Positions 47,775 to 59,182 are shown, counted from the stretch's first letter. The stretch: DNA of 64,000 nucleotides from Desulfobacterales bacterium (GCA_963674755.2 CAXXVS010000002.1:1152001-1216000); one strand, 5' to 3'. The notes: generated by a model not told the origin, from the sequence alone. Made by a program: numbers and translations.

Positions 47775-49946
47775 CTATTGTTTCAGGCCGTCGCGGATAT
47801 CATCCACAAAGTTGCCGATGACGCGATAGACCTGCTCGCAGCCCGGTCCCAGGAGAATCCCATGGCGGCTGAGGTTGAAGAGAATGTATTTTTTCGCACT
47901 GGACCCCAGCTTGTCGAATACCCGCCGGGAGCCGCGGGGATCCACCACCGGGTCGGCAGCGGATTGGACCACCACCGCCGGCACCTGGACTTCGCCGAGA
48001 CGGGTTTCCACATGATCCATCAGGCGTTCGAGTTCATGGATCCCGGCCACCGGATTGCGGGTGTAGTTGATGTGCGGATTTTCCGGCTGATTGTCGATGA
48101 ATTCCCTGCGGGCGCCGTTGCTGTGGACTTTGCGCATCAGGCGGTTCCACATATCCATGGCCGGTACGAAGCGGGCGGAATAGTCCTGCAGTTGCAGGGG
48201 CGGGCTGACCGCGAAAACACCCCTGATGGCCCGGATGCGGGAAGCCGCCTCCAGCGCCAAACCGGCCCCGTTGCTGAAGCCGCCCAGCACCACATGACGG
48301 CAGGCGCAGGCCATCATGGCGTAGGCCTCCTCCACGCTGCGGATCCATTCCCGATAGGTTCGGCCGGCCAGGTCTTCCGGCGCGGTGCCGTGCCCCTTGA
48401 CCCGCGGCGCGTAAACCCAATAACCTTTGCGGTTGAGATAGGTGGCCAGCCCGCGCACCTCTTCCGGGGCGGCCATATAGCCATGTACCACCACCACACC
48501 GATGCGGTGGGAACGCCCCCTTTTGAAAATCGGACGGCCGATATGATGGGGTTTGGATTCGCCCTCCACATAAAAGGTATCGTAATCCTGCCGGAATTCC
48601 CGCATCGCCCGATCGCGGAGGAAACCTGCGATTTTGCGCCGGGTCCAGAAGGCGGGCTGCCAGGCGATCCGGCGGATTGATTGCTGAAGGGTCTTGAGGG
48701 GCTCGATCTCGTTGGCCATGACCCACAGCGGGTTGTCGATGCGCGCCCGATGGAAATCAAAGGGTTCCCCCAGCCGCGAATGGTTTTTGACCAGCTTGTC
48801 ATCCTTGCTCCGCACAACATCCGTCTGCAACGCCAGCGCCTTGAAATCCTTGAATTTATCATACTGATCATCGGTCAGCAGCGGCAGTTGGCTCTCCTTG
48901 AGACTGCGATGGTAGTGGTTGCGGTCCAGCGCCGTGCATTGCTGTGTCAGCAGGTAGACTTTGCGTTTCAGGTCGTCCGGCCTAACGCTGCGAAAAGGAA
49001 TCCGGCGCAGCATGGCGGCAAACAAATGATCATGGTTGACCGTGGTCAGGCGGTAAATCTCCTCCATGTAGCGCTGCATGATGGCAAGGGCCTCGCGGCG
49101 CATCTGCTTGCGCGAAGCCAGGGAATCGTCGAAATTGATGACCTTCCGGCTGCCGATGTCCTGTTCGATCTTGTGGCAGGCCAGACATTCATTGACCGGG
49201 ATGGCCTCTCCGAAACGCAGATCGATGTCGACGCCCGACAAAAACATGGTGCCTTCGGCCATCAGTTCTTCCACGAAACGTTCGGAGATATTCTCGTTGA
49301 ACTTGCGGGCCAGTTCGCTCAGGGCGTTTTCCTTGGCGCGTATGGGATAATAGGTAAGATTGGCCGGCACGATATAGGTGTGCCCTGCCAGAAGGGAGGT
49401 GGGGTCTTCGATTTGGAATTGATCAAGAATCCGCCGGGCTTCTCCGGGGGACTCCGTGAGCAGACGATGAATGCGCTGCCGGTAGAACTCGGTGCGCAGG
49501 GCCAGTGTGGCGGCGCCGGTGTGGGGCGGGTGTTTCCCTCCGGCATAGGAAATCATATAGCGGCCCTTTTCAACAATTTTCTTGCTTTTCACCATGCGGC
49601 CTTCGGGATAGATGACCCAGGCCGCTTCGCCGGTGAGCAGGGATCGTACGATGAGGCGGTCCCGGTCGGGATCGCGCGTGGAAACGGCCCCTACCTTGTC
49701 GAGATAGGTTCCCAGAGCGCCTTTGAAAAGCTCGACATCGGCCAGGGACCAGACCGGCAAATGGGTCAGCTGGTTGAGCCAGTAAGGCAGCAGCATGGTT
49801 TCGATGCGGGTAAAATGGTTGACCACGAAGAGGAGTGACCCGTCGCGCGGAATGCTTTCGCTGTTGTGCATATTGAGGCGCGCCCGGGAAAACCAGGAAA
49901 ACGCTTTCAGGGCCAGGCCTGTGGTACGGTAGGCGAATCGGTTCAT
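47775..49946 (-). CDS. Acyltransferase (PlsC-like) fused to an alpha/beta hydrolase
   Basis: NHFTRIE and YPEG N-terminal; HGY...GFSNG...D..V...HG C-terminal. Confidence 0.85.
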   Translation of the reverse strand: MNRFAYRTTGLALKAFSWFSRARLNMHNSESIPRDGSLLFVVNHFTRIETMLLPYWLNQLTHLPVWSLADVELFKGALGTYLDKVGAVSTRDPDRDRLIVRSLLTGEAAWVIYPEGRMVKSKKIVEKGRYMISYAGGKHPPHTGAATLALRTEFYRQRIHRLLTESPGEARRILDQFQIEDPTSLLAGHTYIVPANLTYYPIRAKENALSELARKFNENISERFVEELMAEGTMFLSGVDIDLRFGEAIPVNECLACHKIEQDIGSRKVINFDDSLASRKQMRREALAIMQRYMEEIYRLTTVNHDHLFAAMLRRIPFRSVRPDDLKRKVYLLTQQCTALDRNHYHRSLKESQLPLLTDDQYDKFKDFKALALQTDVVRSKDDKLVKNHSRLGEPFDFHRARIDNPLWVMANEIEPLKTLQQSIRRIAWQPAFWTRRKIAGFLRDRAMREFRQDYDTFYVEGESKPHHIGRPIFKRGRSHRIGVVVVHGYMAAPEEVRGLATYLNRKGYWVYAPRVKGHGTAPEDLAGRTYREWIRSVEEAYAMMACACRHVVLGGFSNGAGLALEAASRIRAIRGVFAVSPPLQLQDYSARFVPAMDMWNRLMRKVHSNGARREFIDNQPENPHINYTRNPVAGIHELERLMDHVETRLGEVQVPAVVVQSAADPVVDPRGSRRVFDKLGSSAKKYILFNLSRHGILLGPGCEQVYRVIGNFVDDIRDGLKQ

Positions 49947-50145
49947 GGATGAATTATCGGCTATCCGGCAATAGGGGTAAGCGTCATTCCTTCAACTATA
50001 ATAAAAACCTTCTGTTGAAGCAACGCCAGTCGATGAGCGTCAACTGGGCAAAGGCATCTGAAAAAGCCGTCCAGCAACGGATGCAAGTTGACAGTTTTGC
50101 CAAATATCGTTAGGTTAGCACCCTTTATGGCACCAGGAGGACAGT

Positions 50146-50574
50146 GTGTATTCCAAAATCTTGATCCTGCGGTTTTCACAAACAGTGGCCCACCAGCCGA
50201 TTGTCTGCAATCTCACCAAACGCTTCGATCTGACCTTCAACATCCTGAACGCCACCATTCTGCCGCGCAAAGAAGGCGTCATGGTGCTGGAGCTTGCGGG
50301 AGAAAAAAAACTGTTTCGCGAAGGCGTCAACTACCTCAAAGCCCAGGGCGTCAAGGTGCAAAACGCCGACCAGGAGATCAAGCGCGACAAGACCAAATGC
50401 ACCCACTGCGGCGCCTGCACCGCGGTTTGCCCAACCGGGGCGCTGTTTATCCAACGCCCCGAAATGTCGGTCGACTTCGATCAGCGCAAATGCAGTCTCT
50501 GTGAACTTTGTCTGACCGCGTGTCCGTCACGTGCCATGTCGGTTCGCCCGACGCAGAAAATCTTTTTTGACTGA
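50146..50574 (+). CDS. NIL domain-4Fe-4S ferredoxin
   Basis: FNIL.A motif and two CxxCxxCxxxCP. Confidence 0.9.
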   Translation: MYSKILILRFSQTVAHQPIVCNLTKRFDLTFNILNATILPRKEGVMVLELAGEKKLFREGVNYLKAQGVKVQNADQEIKRDKTKCTHCGACTAVCPTGALFIQRPEMSVDFDQRKCSLCELCLTACPSRAMSVRPTQKIFFD

Positions 50575-51626
50575 TGCCCGTCATTGCCGTTGCCATCAGC
50601 GGCGGCGTGGATTCCCTCGTCGCCGCCTTTTTATTGAAGAAACAGGGCCACGACATCTTCGGTCTCCATTTCCGGACCGGTTACGAAACTTCCGACCCTG
50701 AGGCAACCGCGCAGTCCCCCCGACCGGCCGATATCACCCGTATCGCACAGCAGTTGAAAATACCGGTCGAGGTCCTGGATATCGCCCCTTTTTTTCGGGA
50801 ATCGGTGATCGCTTATTTCACAAGCGCCTATCAGCAGGGACGCACACCCAATCCCTGCCTGTATTGCAACCCGGCCATCAAATTCGGCCATATCCTGGCC
50901 CATGTCCGGCAAAAAGGGGCCGAAGCGCTGGCAACCGGGCACTATGCCCGCCTGGAAACCGATCCCGACGGCCATTATCATCTCCACCGCGGTGTTGATA
51001 CTCTCAAGGATCAGTCCTATTTTCTTTCCCGGCTGACTCAGGACCAGTTGCGGCAGGCGTGCTTCCCCCTGGGTGACCTGACCAAGGAGGCCGTCCGCCG
51101 GATTGCCCGGGAGAACCAGCTTGTACCGGCCACCCGGGGGGAAAGTCAGGATATCTGTTTTATCAAAAATGCCCCCTATCATGAATTTTTGAAGCAGCAA
51201 GACGGATTCACCCCCCGTGAAGGACCGATTATCGATACCCGGGGACGCTTATTGGGGCACCATCAGGGGCTGCATCAATTTACAATCGGCCAGCGGCGCG
51301 GGATCAACTGCCCGGCGGCCGAACCCTACTATGTGATTCGCCTCGACCACCGCAGCAACGGTCTAGTTGTGGGACATCGCGAGGAACTCTACCGGGCGAC
51401 CTGCACTGTGGAAGATATCAACTGGATCAAGCGCCCGAACCGGTTCCCGGCGGAGGTCATGACCCAGATCCGCTACCGTCATCAGGCCGCACCATCGCAG
51501 GTGAGCGAGCGATCATCAGGCGTGGTGCAGGTCAGGTTTGAGCCGCCCCAGAAGGCTGTCACCCCCGGACAGGGAGCGGTGTTCTACCGGGGAGACGAAG
51601 TCCTGGGGAGCGGGTGGATCGCGTGA
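50574..51626 (+). CDS. mnmA: tRNA 2-thiouridylase
   Basis: SGGVDS, TPNPC..CN, ATGHY, KDQSYFL, TPGQ. Confidence 0.95.
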   Translation: MPVIAVAISGGVDSLVAAFLLKKQGHDIFGLHFRTGYETSDPEATAQSPRPADITRIAQQLKIPVEVLDIAPFFRESVIAYFTSAYQQGRTPNPCLYCNPAIKFGHILAHVRQKGAEALATGHYARLETDPDGHYHLHRGVDTLKDQSYFLSRLTQDQLRQACFPLGDLTKEAVRRIARENQLVPATRGESQDICFIKNAPYHEFLKQQDGFTPREGPIIDTRGRLLGHHQGLHQFTIGQRRGINCPAAEPYYVIRLDHRSNGLVVGHREELYRATCTVEDINWIKRPNRFPAEVMTQIRYRHQAAPSQVSERSSGVVQVRFEPPQKAVTPGQGAVFYRGDEVLGSGWIA

Positions 51627-51790
51627 CTCGCCATCAAAGCAAGCCGGCCGCGGGAATTTGCAGCTACCGGCCAATGACAGCCAAAGTGCACCGCTGGGAT
51701 CCCTTCAAATGCTCTGCGGCTGTCGAATCGCCGGAGTTGTCAATACCGCAAGCGATCATTTCATTATTATATTAAAACATACTGTTTATA

Positions 51791-53104
51791 TTGAAATTTC
51801 TAATATCAACATTGGGTTGCAAGGTTAACCAGCACGAGTCGGACATCCTGACCGTCGGCTTGCGCGCCTATGGTTGGCAGGCCGCGCACAGGGATGAGAA
51901 AGCCGATGTGTGCATCGTCAACACCTGCACGGTCACCCAGAGAGCCTCCATGCAGTCCCGCCAGCTGATTCGGCAGCTCCAGCGACAGCATCCGGGCGCC
52001 CGTATCATCGTCACCGGTTGTTACGCCCAAATCGCTCCCGGGGAGATCGCGGCCATTGAGGGGGTGCATATGATCGCCGGGCAAAGCCGCAAGGCGGATT
52101 TGCCCGCCATGATCGTGCAGGCCGCCCATGATGCCGGTGTCGCCCCTTTGTGCGCCGTAGACCGTCTTGACCCCCAAATGCCGTTCAGCATGCCGGGGGC
52201 GCCGGTGCCGGGTTCCCGTACGCGCCCCTATCTCAAGATACAAGACGGCTGCAACAGCTTCTGCACCTATTGCATTGTCCCTTATGCCCGCGGGCGAAGC
52301 CGCAGCATGCCTCCGGAGGAAGTCCTCCGGCATCTTCACCAGCTGGGCGCCATGGGGTACCACGAAGCGGTCCTGACGGGGATTCATCTGGGGGTCTATG
52401 GGTTGGATCTGCAGCCGGCCGGCAGTCTCCTGGCCCTGCTGGAAGTCATCGCCCAAGAGCGCCCGCTGGCCCGCATTCGCCTGAGTTCCATCGAACCCAA
52501 CGAACTGTCCGATGAGCTGATCGATCTGGTGGCCGCATCAGATCTGTTCTGCCCGCACTTTCACCTGCCGCTGCAAAGCGGCGACGACACGATTCTCAAA
52601 CGGATGCACCGGCCCTATACAAGGGAATTGTTTCGCCAGCGGGTGATGCACATCAAGCGCCGCCTGCCCTGGGCGGCCGTTGGGGCCGACGTACTGCTGG
52701 GGTTTCCCGGTGAGGACGAGGCGGCTTTCGAACAGACCTGCCGTCTGATCGAGCGCCTTCCCCTCACGTATTTGCACGTCTTTCCCTTCTCGGCGCGCCC
52801 CGGCACCCCGGCCGCCGGCTATGGGGACCAGGTTCCGTCGGATATTATCAAGCGCCGTGCCGCCCGGGTGCGTGCCCTCGGCGCCGAAAAGAAACAGGCC
52901 TTCCTGCAGAGCGCCCTGGGCCGGGAAACCGACGTTCTGCTGGAAACCCGCCGGGACCCCGCCACAGGGCATTTGAAGGGTTTGACCCCTAATTATCTGA
53001 CCGTGTTGCTCGAAGGTCCTGATCATTGCATGAACACGATCGTGCCGGTCGTAATCGAGAGAATCGGCAACGCCTACCAGCTTGTAGGACAACTCGTGGA
53101 CTAA
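51791..53104 (+). CDS. mtaB: tRNA methylthiotransferase MtaB
   Basis: [36 protein letters not shown]. Confidence 0.93.
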   Translation: MKFLISTLGCKVNQHESDILTVGLRAYGWQAAHRDEKADVCIVNTCTVTQRASMQSRQLIRQLQRQHPGARIIVTGCYAQIAPGEIAAIEGVHMIAGQSRKADLPAMIVQAAHDAGVAPLCAVDRLDPQMPFSMPGAPVPGSRTRPYLKIQDGCNSFCTYCIVPYARGRSRSMPPEEVLRHLHQLGAMGYHEAVLTGIHLGVYGLDLQPAGSLLALLEVIAQERPLARIRLSSIEPNELSDELIDLVAASDLFCPHFHLPLQSGDDTILKRMHRPYTRELFRQRVMHIKRRLPWAAVGADVLLGFPGEDEAAFEQTCRLIERLPLTYLHVFPFSARPGTPAAGYGDQVPSDIIKRRAARVRALGAEKKQAFLQSALGRETDVLLETRRDPATGHLKGLTPNYLTVLLEGPDHCMNTIVPVVIERIGNAYQLVGQLVD

Positions 53105-53166
53105 AACCTTTACCGCTCAACACCCATCGCGTGCATGCGCATGATAAACCTGAAAGGAAGAAACAA

Positions 53167-53691
53167 ATGAGCTTTGAAAAAGTTGACCACCAGGAACCCG
53201 TTGAACGACCCGTCGCCGTATTCGAAACCAGCAAAGGCACCTTCGAAGCCGAGCTCTTCGCAGCGGAATGCCCGGAAACCGTCTGGAACTTCATCAACCT
53301 GGCCGAGGGACGGCAACCCACCCAAAAAGAGGGCCCTTTTTACGACGGCCTCACCTTCCACCGCGTCATCGAAGGATTCGTTATCCAGGGGGGCTGCCCC
53401 CAGGGCACCGGAACAGGCGGACCCGGCTACCAATTCAAGGACGAATTCGATCCGGCCCTACGCCATGACGGCCCCGGCATCCTTTCCATGGCCAATGCCG
53501 GGCCCGGCACCAACGGCAGCCAGTTTTTCGTCACCCTGGCGCCGACGCCGCACTTGAACGACCGCCATTCCGTCTTCGGACGGGTCACCAAGGGCCTGGA
53601 GGTGGTGGAAGCCATCGGAAACGTGGCCACCGGCCCCATGGACCGACCGGTGGAACCGGTGGTCATTGAAAAAATTACCATAAGACGGTAA
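53167..53691 (+). CDS. Cyclophilin-type peptidyl-prolyl isomerase
   Basis: FHRVI.GF.IQGG, SMANAGP.TNGSQFF. Confidence 0.95.
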   Translation: MSFEKVDHQEPVERPVAVFETSKGTFEAELFAAECPETVWNFINLAEGRQPTQKEGPFYDGLTFHRVIEGFVIQGGCPQGTGTGGPGYQFKDEFDPALRHDGPGILSMANAGPGTNGSQFFVTLAPTPHLNDRHSVFGRVTKGLEVVEAIGNVATGPMDRPVEPVVIEKITIRR

Positions 53692-53872
53692 TTTTTAATC
53701 AAAACCAATCTCTGAGAATCACGCGTCAATTCAAACGGGCTGCAACGCCGTAACGCGACCTCAGGCGCGGTTTATCTCCGGCCTGGTGCGGTATCTCAGC
53801 ATCCGGCCGGGGTTCCATACCCTTACATTTTATGCCCGATGCATAAGAAGCGGTTCACCCCCCTTGTTGACA

Positions 53873-53904
53873 ATTAGTTAACCTTAACGTAAAGGTTAAC
53901 TAAT
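53873..53904. promoter_or_regulatory. Palindromic MerR/LiuR-type operator
   Basis: ATTAGTTAACCTT-aacgta-AAGGTTAACTAAT directly after TTGACA, upstream of the MerR gene. Confidence 0.8.
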
Positions 53905-53906
53905 CG

Positions 53907-54380
53907 ATGCCCCGCTGGACAACAGCCACTATTCAATCGGGAGTCTTCGACGTGCCCTCTTCCAAAATGCCTGCCGGCCAATTTACCATTTCTCAGCTGG
54001 CGTCTGAACTCGGGATCAGCACCCGCTCGATTCGCTTTTATGAAGAAAAGGGGCTGATCTCGCCCCAGCGAACCCGTGGCAACCAGCGTATCTACGCTAA
54101 GCGCGACCGCGCCCGGTTGAAACTCATCCTGCGGGGCAAGCGGTTTGGCTATAGCCTGAATGAAATCGCGGAAATGATCGGCCATACCACGGTCGACATG
54201 GAAGAACGCGAACAAATCCGTAAAAGTCTGCATTACGGCGAAAAAAAATTGTCTGAAGTATATGCCCGCATTGACGAACTCCAGCAATTAGCCCAAGAGT
54301 TGACCGACGTGAAAGAAAAGCTGATCCGCCGGTTGGAAGAGATCGCAAAGGCTTCGGTCGATCCGGCCGGTTCCCGATGA
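53907..54380 (+). CDS. MerR-family (LiuR-like) regulator; true start probably ~53952-53967
   Basis: FTISQLA...RSIRFYEEKGL, RLKLILRGKR.G.SL.EI. Confidence 0.88.
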   Translation: MPRWTTATIQSGVFDVPSSKMPAGQFTISQLASELGISTRSIRFYEEKGLISPQRTRGNQRIYAKRDRARLKLILRGKRFGYSLNEIAEMIGHTTVDMEEREQIRKSLHYGEKKLSEVYARIDELQQLAQELTDVKEKLIRRLEEIAKASVDPAGSR

Positions 54381-54460
54381 TCGTTCATTGCCCCCTCCCT
54401 GACAACGTGCTTCCCATTGGTTCAACCATTGAGTTATAATAAACAACATAAGGAGGTATA

Positions 54461-55705
54461 ATGTTTGACCATTTGTTGTCTCAAGAAGCCCTTGAACTGC
54501 GTGAGGATGTCCGGGATCTCGTCAAATGGGTGCCCCGTCAGATGATCCTGGACATGGACAAGGACCGCATTCGCTTTCCCAAGGAATTCCTCCAGGAAGC
54601 GGGCCGCCGCAATCTGATGGGCTGCCGCTACCCCAAACAGTGGGGCGGCCGCGGACTCGACTGGGTCAGCACCGCCATGGTGATGGAGGAAGTCGGCACC
54701 CTGGGCTATATCTTCGCCTGTGTCTTCGGCGTGGGCGCCGAACTGGTCTGCGACGCCATCATCCAGCACGGCACCGACGGCCAGCGGGAAGCCTATGTCA
54801 AGCCGCTCCTGCAGGGAAATCGCTTTGCGGCCGAATGCCTCACCGAACCCCGGGGCGGGTCGGATTTTTTCGGCACCACGACCACTGCCGTACCCCAAGG
54901 CGGCGACTACATCCTCAACGGCCAGAAGCGGTTCATCGTGGGGGCCGAAGGGGCGGATTTTTTCCTGGTCTATGCCAAGACCGATCCGGAGGCCGAACCC
55001 CACAAGGCCCTCACCTGCTTTATCGTGGACCGCGGCCCGGGAGTCGAAACGCGCTATCTCTACAACCTGATGGGCTGCCGGGGCGGCGGTGCCGGCCGCC
55101 TGGTCTTCAAAGACGTGCGGGTGCCGGCCGCCAACATCGTGGGCACCTTGAACGGCGCCTACGCCGTCTTCAACACCATGATGATTCCGGAGCGCCTGGG
55201 AACCGCGGCCATGACCATCGGGGCCGCCCGTCCGGCCCTGGAGGTGGCCACCCGCTACACCAGCCGCCGCCGCGCCTTCGGCCAGATCATCAACCAGTTC
55301 CAGGGGGTGAGCTTCCAGGTGGCCGAAGCGGCCATGCTGCTGGATGCCGCCCGGGCCTTGATCTACACCACGGCCCGGGCCGTGGACGACAGCTGTCCGT
55401 CCCGCTTTATCCGCCGCCAGGTGTCCGAAACCAAGAAATTCGTCACCGAATCCTGCCAAAAGGCGGCCCACCATGCCATGCAGGTCATGGGCGGTATCGG
55501 CTACACGGACATTTTTCCGGTGGAACGCATCCTGCGCGACTTGCGGCTGGCCTCCATCTGGACCGGCAGCAATGAAGTCATGGCCATGATCATCGCCAAT
55601 GAATGGTACCGCGAGCAATTGTCCAAGCACCAGAGCGAGCTGCCGCGCCTGCCCGAAGACGACGCTGAAAGCGCTTTTGTCGAGGATGAAAAAATCTACG
55701 AATAA
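54461..55705 (+). CDS. Acyl-CoA dehydrogenase
   Basis: LTEP.GGSD, LNGQK.FI, R.AFG, Q..GG.GY. Confidence 0.93.
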   Translation: MFDHLLSQEALELREDVRDLVKWVPRQMILDMDKDRIRFPKEFLQEAGRRNLMGCRYPKQWGGRGLDWVSTAMVMEEVGTLGYIFACVFGVGAELVCDAIIQHGTDGQREAYVKPLLQGNRFAAECLTEPRGGSDFFGTTTTAVPQGGDYILNGQKRFIVGAEGADFFLVYAKTDPEAEPHKALTCFIVDRGPGVETRYLYNLMGCRGGGAGRLVFKDVRVPAANIVGTLNGAYAVFNTMMIPERLGTAAMTIGAARPALEVATRYTSRRRAFGQIINQFQGVSFQVAEAAMLLDAARALIYTTARAVDDSCPSRFIRRQVSETKKFVTESCQKAAHHAMQVMGGIGYTDIFPVERILRDLRLASIWTGSNEVMAMIIANEWYREQLSKHQSELPRLPEDDAESAFVEDEKIYE

Positions 55706-55838
55706 TTCTGGAGCTAAAAAAACGCTGCAAAATTATTATTGAAGAAACCATTTAGCGACAAGCATCCCGGATTGGCAAAACCTATCGATGATTCCACCAA
55801 AGGTGGAAGGCCCCTATATCAAAGCGAGGTAGACTGCT

Positions 55839-56660
55839 GTGCGTCTCGTCAAGCAACGCCGCTATGGTCCGGTGCATGCCGTCCAGATGGGCTATAGCCC
55901 GGTGGGTTCACCCCTCATGAGCGTGCATTTCTTCTATCTGGACGGTCTGCTCATCGATACCGGACAGAGCCACATGCGGCGCGAGACTTTGGCGGCCGTG
56001 GCCGATCGGCCCGTACACGACATTCTGCTGACCCATCACCATGAGGACCACAGCGGCAACGCCGCCGCCTTGCAGCGCCGGACGGGCGCCCCTGTATGGG
56101 GCCACCCCGCCGCAGCGGCCAAACTTGCCGCGGGCTATCGCATCCTGCCCTATCAGCATCTGGTATGGGGACGGGCACAACCGCTGACAGTGACCCCGTT
56201 GGAAGGGGCGGTTGAATCAGCCCGTTACCGGCTAAACCCGGTGGAAACACCCGGCCACAGCAGGGATCACGTGGTCTATCTCGAAGAAAACGAGGGCTGG
56301 TTGTTTTCCGGCGATCTGTTCATCGGGGAGCGCATCAAGTTTTTCCGGTCGGATGAGGATATCCACGCCCAGATCAGCTCGCTGGAAACCATATTGCGGT
56401 GTGATTTCGAGATGCTGCTTTGCGCCCACAACCCGCGAGCCCGAGGCGGCAAAGACGCCCTGGCCTGCAAGCTGGCATTTCTGAAAGCCCTGCGGGACGA
56501 CGTCCGGGATTTGCACGGCCGGGGCTATCCCCTCCGGGAAATCATCCGACGCCTCGATTCCAAAGCCGACCGGCGGGTTAAATGGATCACCATGGGCAAT
56601 GCCAGCTTTGCCAATATGGTGCGTTCGGCCCTCGACAGGCCGCGGATAAACGGCGCCTAA
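55839..56660 (+). CDS. Metallo-beta-lactamase fold hydrolase
   Basis: THHHEDH, TPGHS, SGDL. Confidence 0.9.
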   Translation: MRLVKQRRYGPVHAVQMGYSPVGSPLMSVHFFYLDGLLIDTGQSHMRRETLAAVADRPVHDILLTHHHEDHSGNAAALQRRTGAPVWGHPAAAAKLAAGYRILPYQHLVWGRAQPLTVTPLEGAVESARYRLNPVETPGHSRDHVVYLEENEGWLFSGDLFIGERIKFFRSDEDIHAQISSLETILRCDFEMLLCAHNPRARGGKDALACKLAFLKALRDDVRDLHGRGYPLREIIRRLDSKADRRVKWITMGNASFANMVRSALDRPRINGA

Positions 56661-57105
56661 GGCCGAAATGCGGCGTTGCTGGTCCTCGCGAAAATGCTCA
56701 CAACCCTGATGGTTGCTGCGCTTCTCGCGGCGGACCGCGCCTTGCCTTTCGGCCTGATGCTTGTTTCTCCGAGGCCTGTCAAATTGCGGATAAACGGCGC
56801 CTAAGGCCGAAATGCGGCGTTGGCCGCCTGCGCGGCATTCCTCATCTGATCATATAGACCAAGGTGAGTCACCACCTCGCGAAAATGCTCACAACCCTGA
56901 TGGTTGCTGCGCTTCTCGCGGCGGACCGCGCCTTGCCTTTCGGCCTGATGCTTGTTTCTCCGAGGCCTGTCAAATTGCGGATAAACGGCGCCTAAGGCCG
57001 AAATGCGGCGTTGGCCGCCTGCGCGGCATTCCTCATCTGATCATATAGACCAAGGTGAGTCACCACCTCGCGAAAATGCTCACAACCCTGATGGTTGTTT
57101 ATCCA
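56632..57105. repeat. Tandem array of a palindromic MITE/REP-like element (191-bp period)
   Basis: GCGGATAAACGGCGCCTAAGGCCGAAATGCGGCGTTG at 56642, 56786, 56977; terminal inverted repeats GACAGGCC.CGGA.AAAC. Confidence 0.88.
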
Positions 57106-57143
57106 CTGCCTGCCTGACGCCCGGCGTCCTGATCCGCCGGGCG

Positions 57144-57917
57144 TCAGCTCATCCCGCGCACCTTTTTGATGGCCTCATAGGCTTCCTGGATTTCGCGGAA
57201 CTTGCTTTCGGCAAAATCGGTAAATTCGTCCGGTAGTCCTTTGGCGGCAATGCGGTCGGGGTGGAATTCCTTGACCAGGGTCCGATAATGCTTTTTGATC
57301 TCCTCGTCCGAAGCCTCCGGCGTTACGCCCAAGGTGCGGTAAAAATGGTCTTGCGCCGGCCCCTGGCGCCCCCCCCTGCCCAAAACGTCGGGCTCCGGCA
57401 GCCCGAATATCCGGGCCGCCCGCCGCACCAGCTCCGCCTCGACAGCGCTGAAATCACGATCGGCCAACGCCACACGCACCAGAATATCAAGCATGAAGGT
57501 CAAAATTTCCGGCCGGTTCCGGAAAGCCTGGTAAAATTGAAGGGCAAAGTCATCGAAAGCATGGGGCGAGGTCTTGGCGGTGTTAAAGATATTGATGGCC
57601 ACCTGCCGGCTGGCGGGACTCAGGCGCAAATCGTCCTGCATGAACCGCTCGATGGTGGCAATTTCGTCCTGGGTGACCCGGCCGTCGGCCTGCACGAGCT
57701 TGGCCAGCATGGAGAAGGCCGCCACAAAAAACGTCATCTGGGCGTCTTCATGGGTGCTCAACCGCGGCCCCTGCCCCTGCCCCTGCATGCCACCGTGGCG
57801 GGCCATTTCATTGGTCTGGTCGAAAAAATGCCCGAAAGCCGCCCCGGCAATGGCTCCCAGCGGGCCGCCCAGCGCCAATCCGATGGTCCCCCCGACGATT
57901 TTTCCCATCCATCCCAT
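57144..57917 (-). CDS. djlA: DjlA-like co-chaperone (TerB plus J domain)
   Basis: MGWMGK..GG..G N-terminal TM, ADG.V...E, HPD J-domain motif. Confidence 0.88.
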   Translation of the reverse strand: MGWMGKIVGGTIGLALGGPLGAIAGAAFGHFFDQTNEMARHGGMQGQGQGPRLSTHEDAQMTFFVAAFSMLAKLVQADGRVTQDEIATIERFMQDDLRLSPASRQVAINIFNTAKTSPHAFDDFALQFYQAFRNRPEILTFMLDILVRVALADRDFSAVEAELVRRAARIFGLPEPDVLGRGGRQGPAQDHFYRTLGVTPEASDEEIKKHYRTLVKEFHPDRIAAKGLPDEFTDFAESKFREIQEAYEAIKKVRGMS

Positions 57918-58053
57918 AAGACTAACCTTTCATAAAGTTATGTTGTGCTATGATCGCCCCAAACGGATTACTAATCCGCGATCAACGCCAAATTCAATAA
58001 AAAAAGGGCCCCCAGAACATTGCGCACGATCTGGAAACCCTTGGAATCATCTG

Positions 58054-58140
58054 TGGTGCCGAAGGGGAGACTCGAACTCCCACCGACGTACGTCGACTAG
58101 ACCCTGAACCTAGCGCGTCTACCAGTTCCGCCACTTCGGC
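58054..58140 (-). tRNA. tRNA-Leu(CAG)
   Basis: GCCGAAGTGGCGGAACTGGTAGACGCG-CTAGG-TTCAGGG-TCTAG, long variable arm, CCA. Confidence 0.97.
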
Positions 58141-58246
58141 ACACCAGGAATGCGTGAGGAAAACCATTGATTAATCACGCAAGATGGACTATCTATACCG
58201 CTTTAATTTTGGTGTCAAGCAAATAGTGCGGGAATTTTACCACCTA

Positions 58247-59182
58247 ATGAAAATCATCGAACGTCTTGAGGAAATTGAGGATCCCTTCACCAACGCTGTT
58301 GTGACTATCGGCAATTTCGACGGCGTCCATATCGGCCACCAAAGCCTTTTTCACGAAGTGATCCTAAAGGCTGCCGAACTTAAAGGAACATCGGTCGCCA
58401 TAACATTCGACCCCCACCCCCTGCGGGTCCTCACCAAACGCCGCCATCCGCGGCTCATCACCCTCAACGAGCAGAAAAAGGAATTGATCGCCGCCACGAA
58501 GCTCGACGTTTTGATCATTATACCTTTTACAAAAGATTTTGCCGCCATTTCGGCCCGGGATTTTATATCCGATCTGCTGGTGAAACGTATCGGCATGCAA
58601 GCCATCATTGTCGGCAAGGATTATTCATTCGGTAAAAATCGCGAGGGCGATGTCCGTTTATTGCAAACGCTGGGGCGCGAGTTGGGTTTTGAGGTCATTC
58701 TGGCCGATTGGATCAAGGCCTCCCTGAAAAACGAAGGGCGCATCAGCAGCACCCGCATCCGCAAATTGGTCGCGGCCGGCGACGTTGAAACAGCGCAGAA
58801 ATTGCTGGGTCGCTGCTACCAGATCAGGGGCACCGTGGTAAGGGGGCGCAACCGGGGCGGCAAGTTGCTTGGCTTTCCCACCGCCAACATCGCCCTGCAG
58901 GACGAATTGTGTCCTAAAACCGGCATCTATGCCGTCACCGTGGATTGGGAGGGCAAACTTTACCAAGGGGTCGCCAATATCGGCTACAGTCCGACTTTTG
59001 ACGACCACGTCTTCACGGTGGAAGTCCACATCTTGGATTTCCATGAAGATCTTTACGGGCAAAAGATCAAAGTCAACTTCCTGAAACGCATCCGGGACGA
59101 AATGAAGTTCAACGGCCTCGAAGCCCTTTCCGATCAGATCCGAAACGACATTGCCGTTGCGCGGCATCTGTTTGACCACTAA
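58247..59182 (+). CDS. ribF: Riboflavin kinase/FAD synthetase
   Basis: GNFDGVH.GH, ISST.IR, GFPTAN. Confidence 0.96.
   Translation: MKIIERLEEIEDPFTNAVVTIGNFDGVHIGHQSLFHEVILKAAELKGTSVAITFDPHPLRVLTKRRHPRLITLNEQKKELIAATKLDVLIIIPFTKDFAAISARDFISDLLVKRIGMQAIIVGKDYSFGKNREGDVRLLQTLGRELGFEVILADWIKASLKNEGRISSTRIRKLVAAGDVETAQKLLGRCYQIRGTVVRGRNRGGKLLGFPTANIALQDELCPKTGIYAVTVDWEGKLYQGVANIGYSPTFDDHVFTVEVHILDFHEDLYGQKIKVNFLKRIRDEMKFNGLEALSDQIRNDIAVARHLFDH

Noticed and set aside
56632..57105. CRISPR array
   Set aside because: Units are 144-191 bp with identical intervening sequence, no unique spacers, and no cas genes in the window
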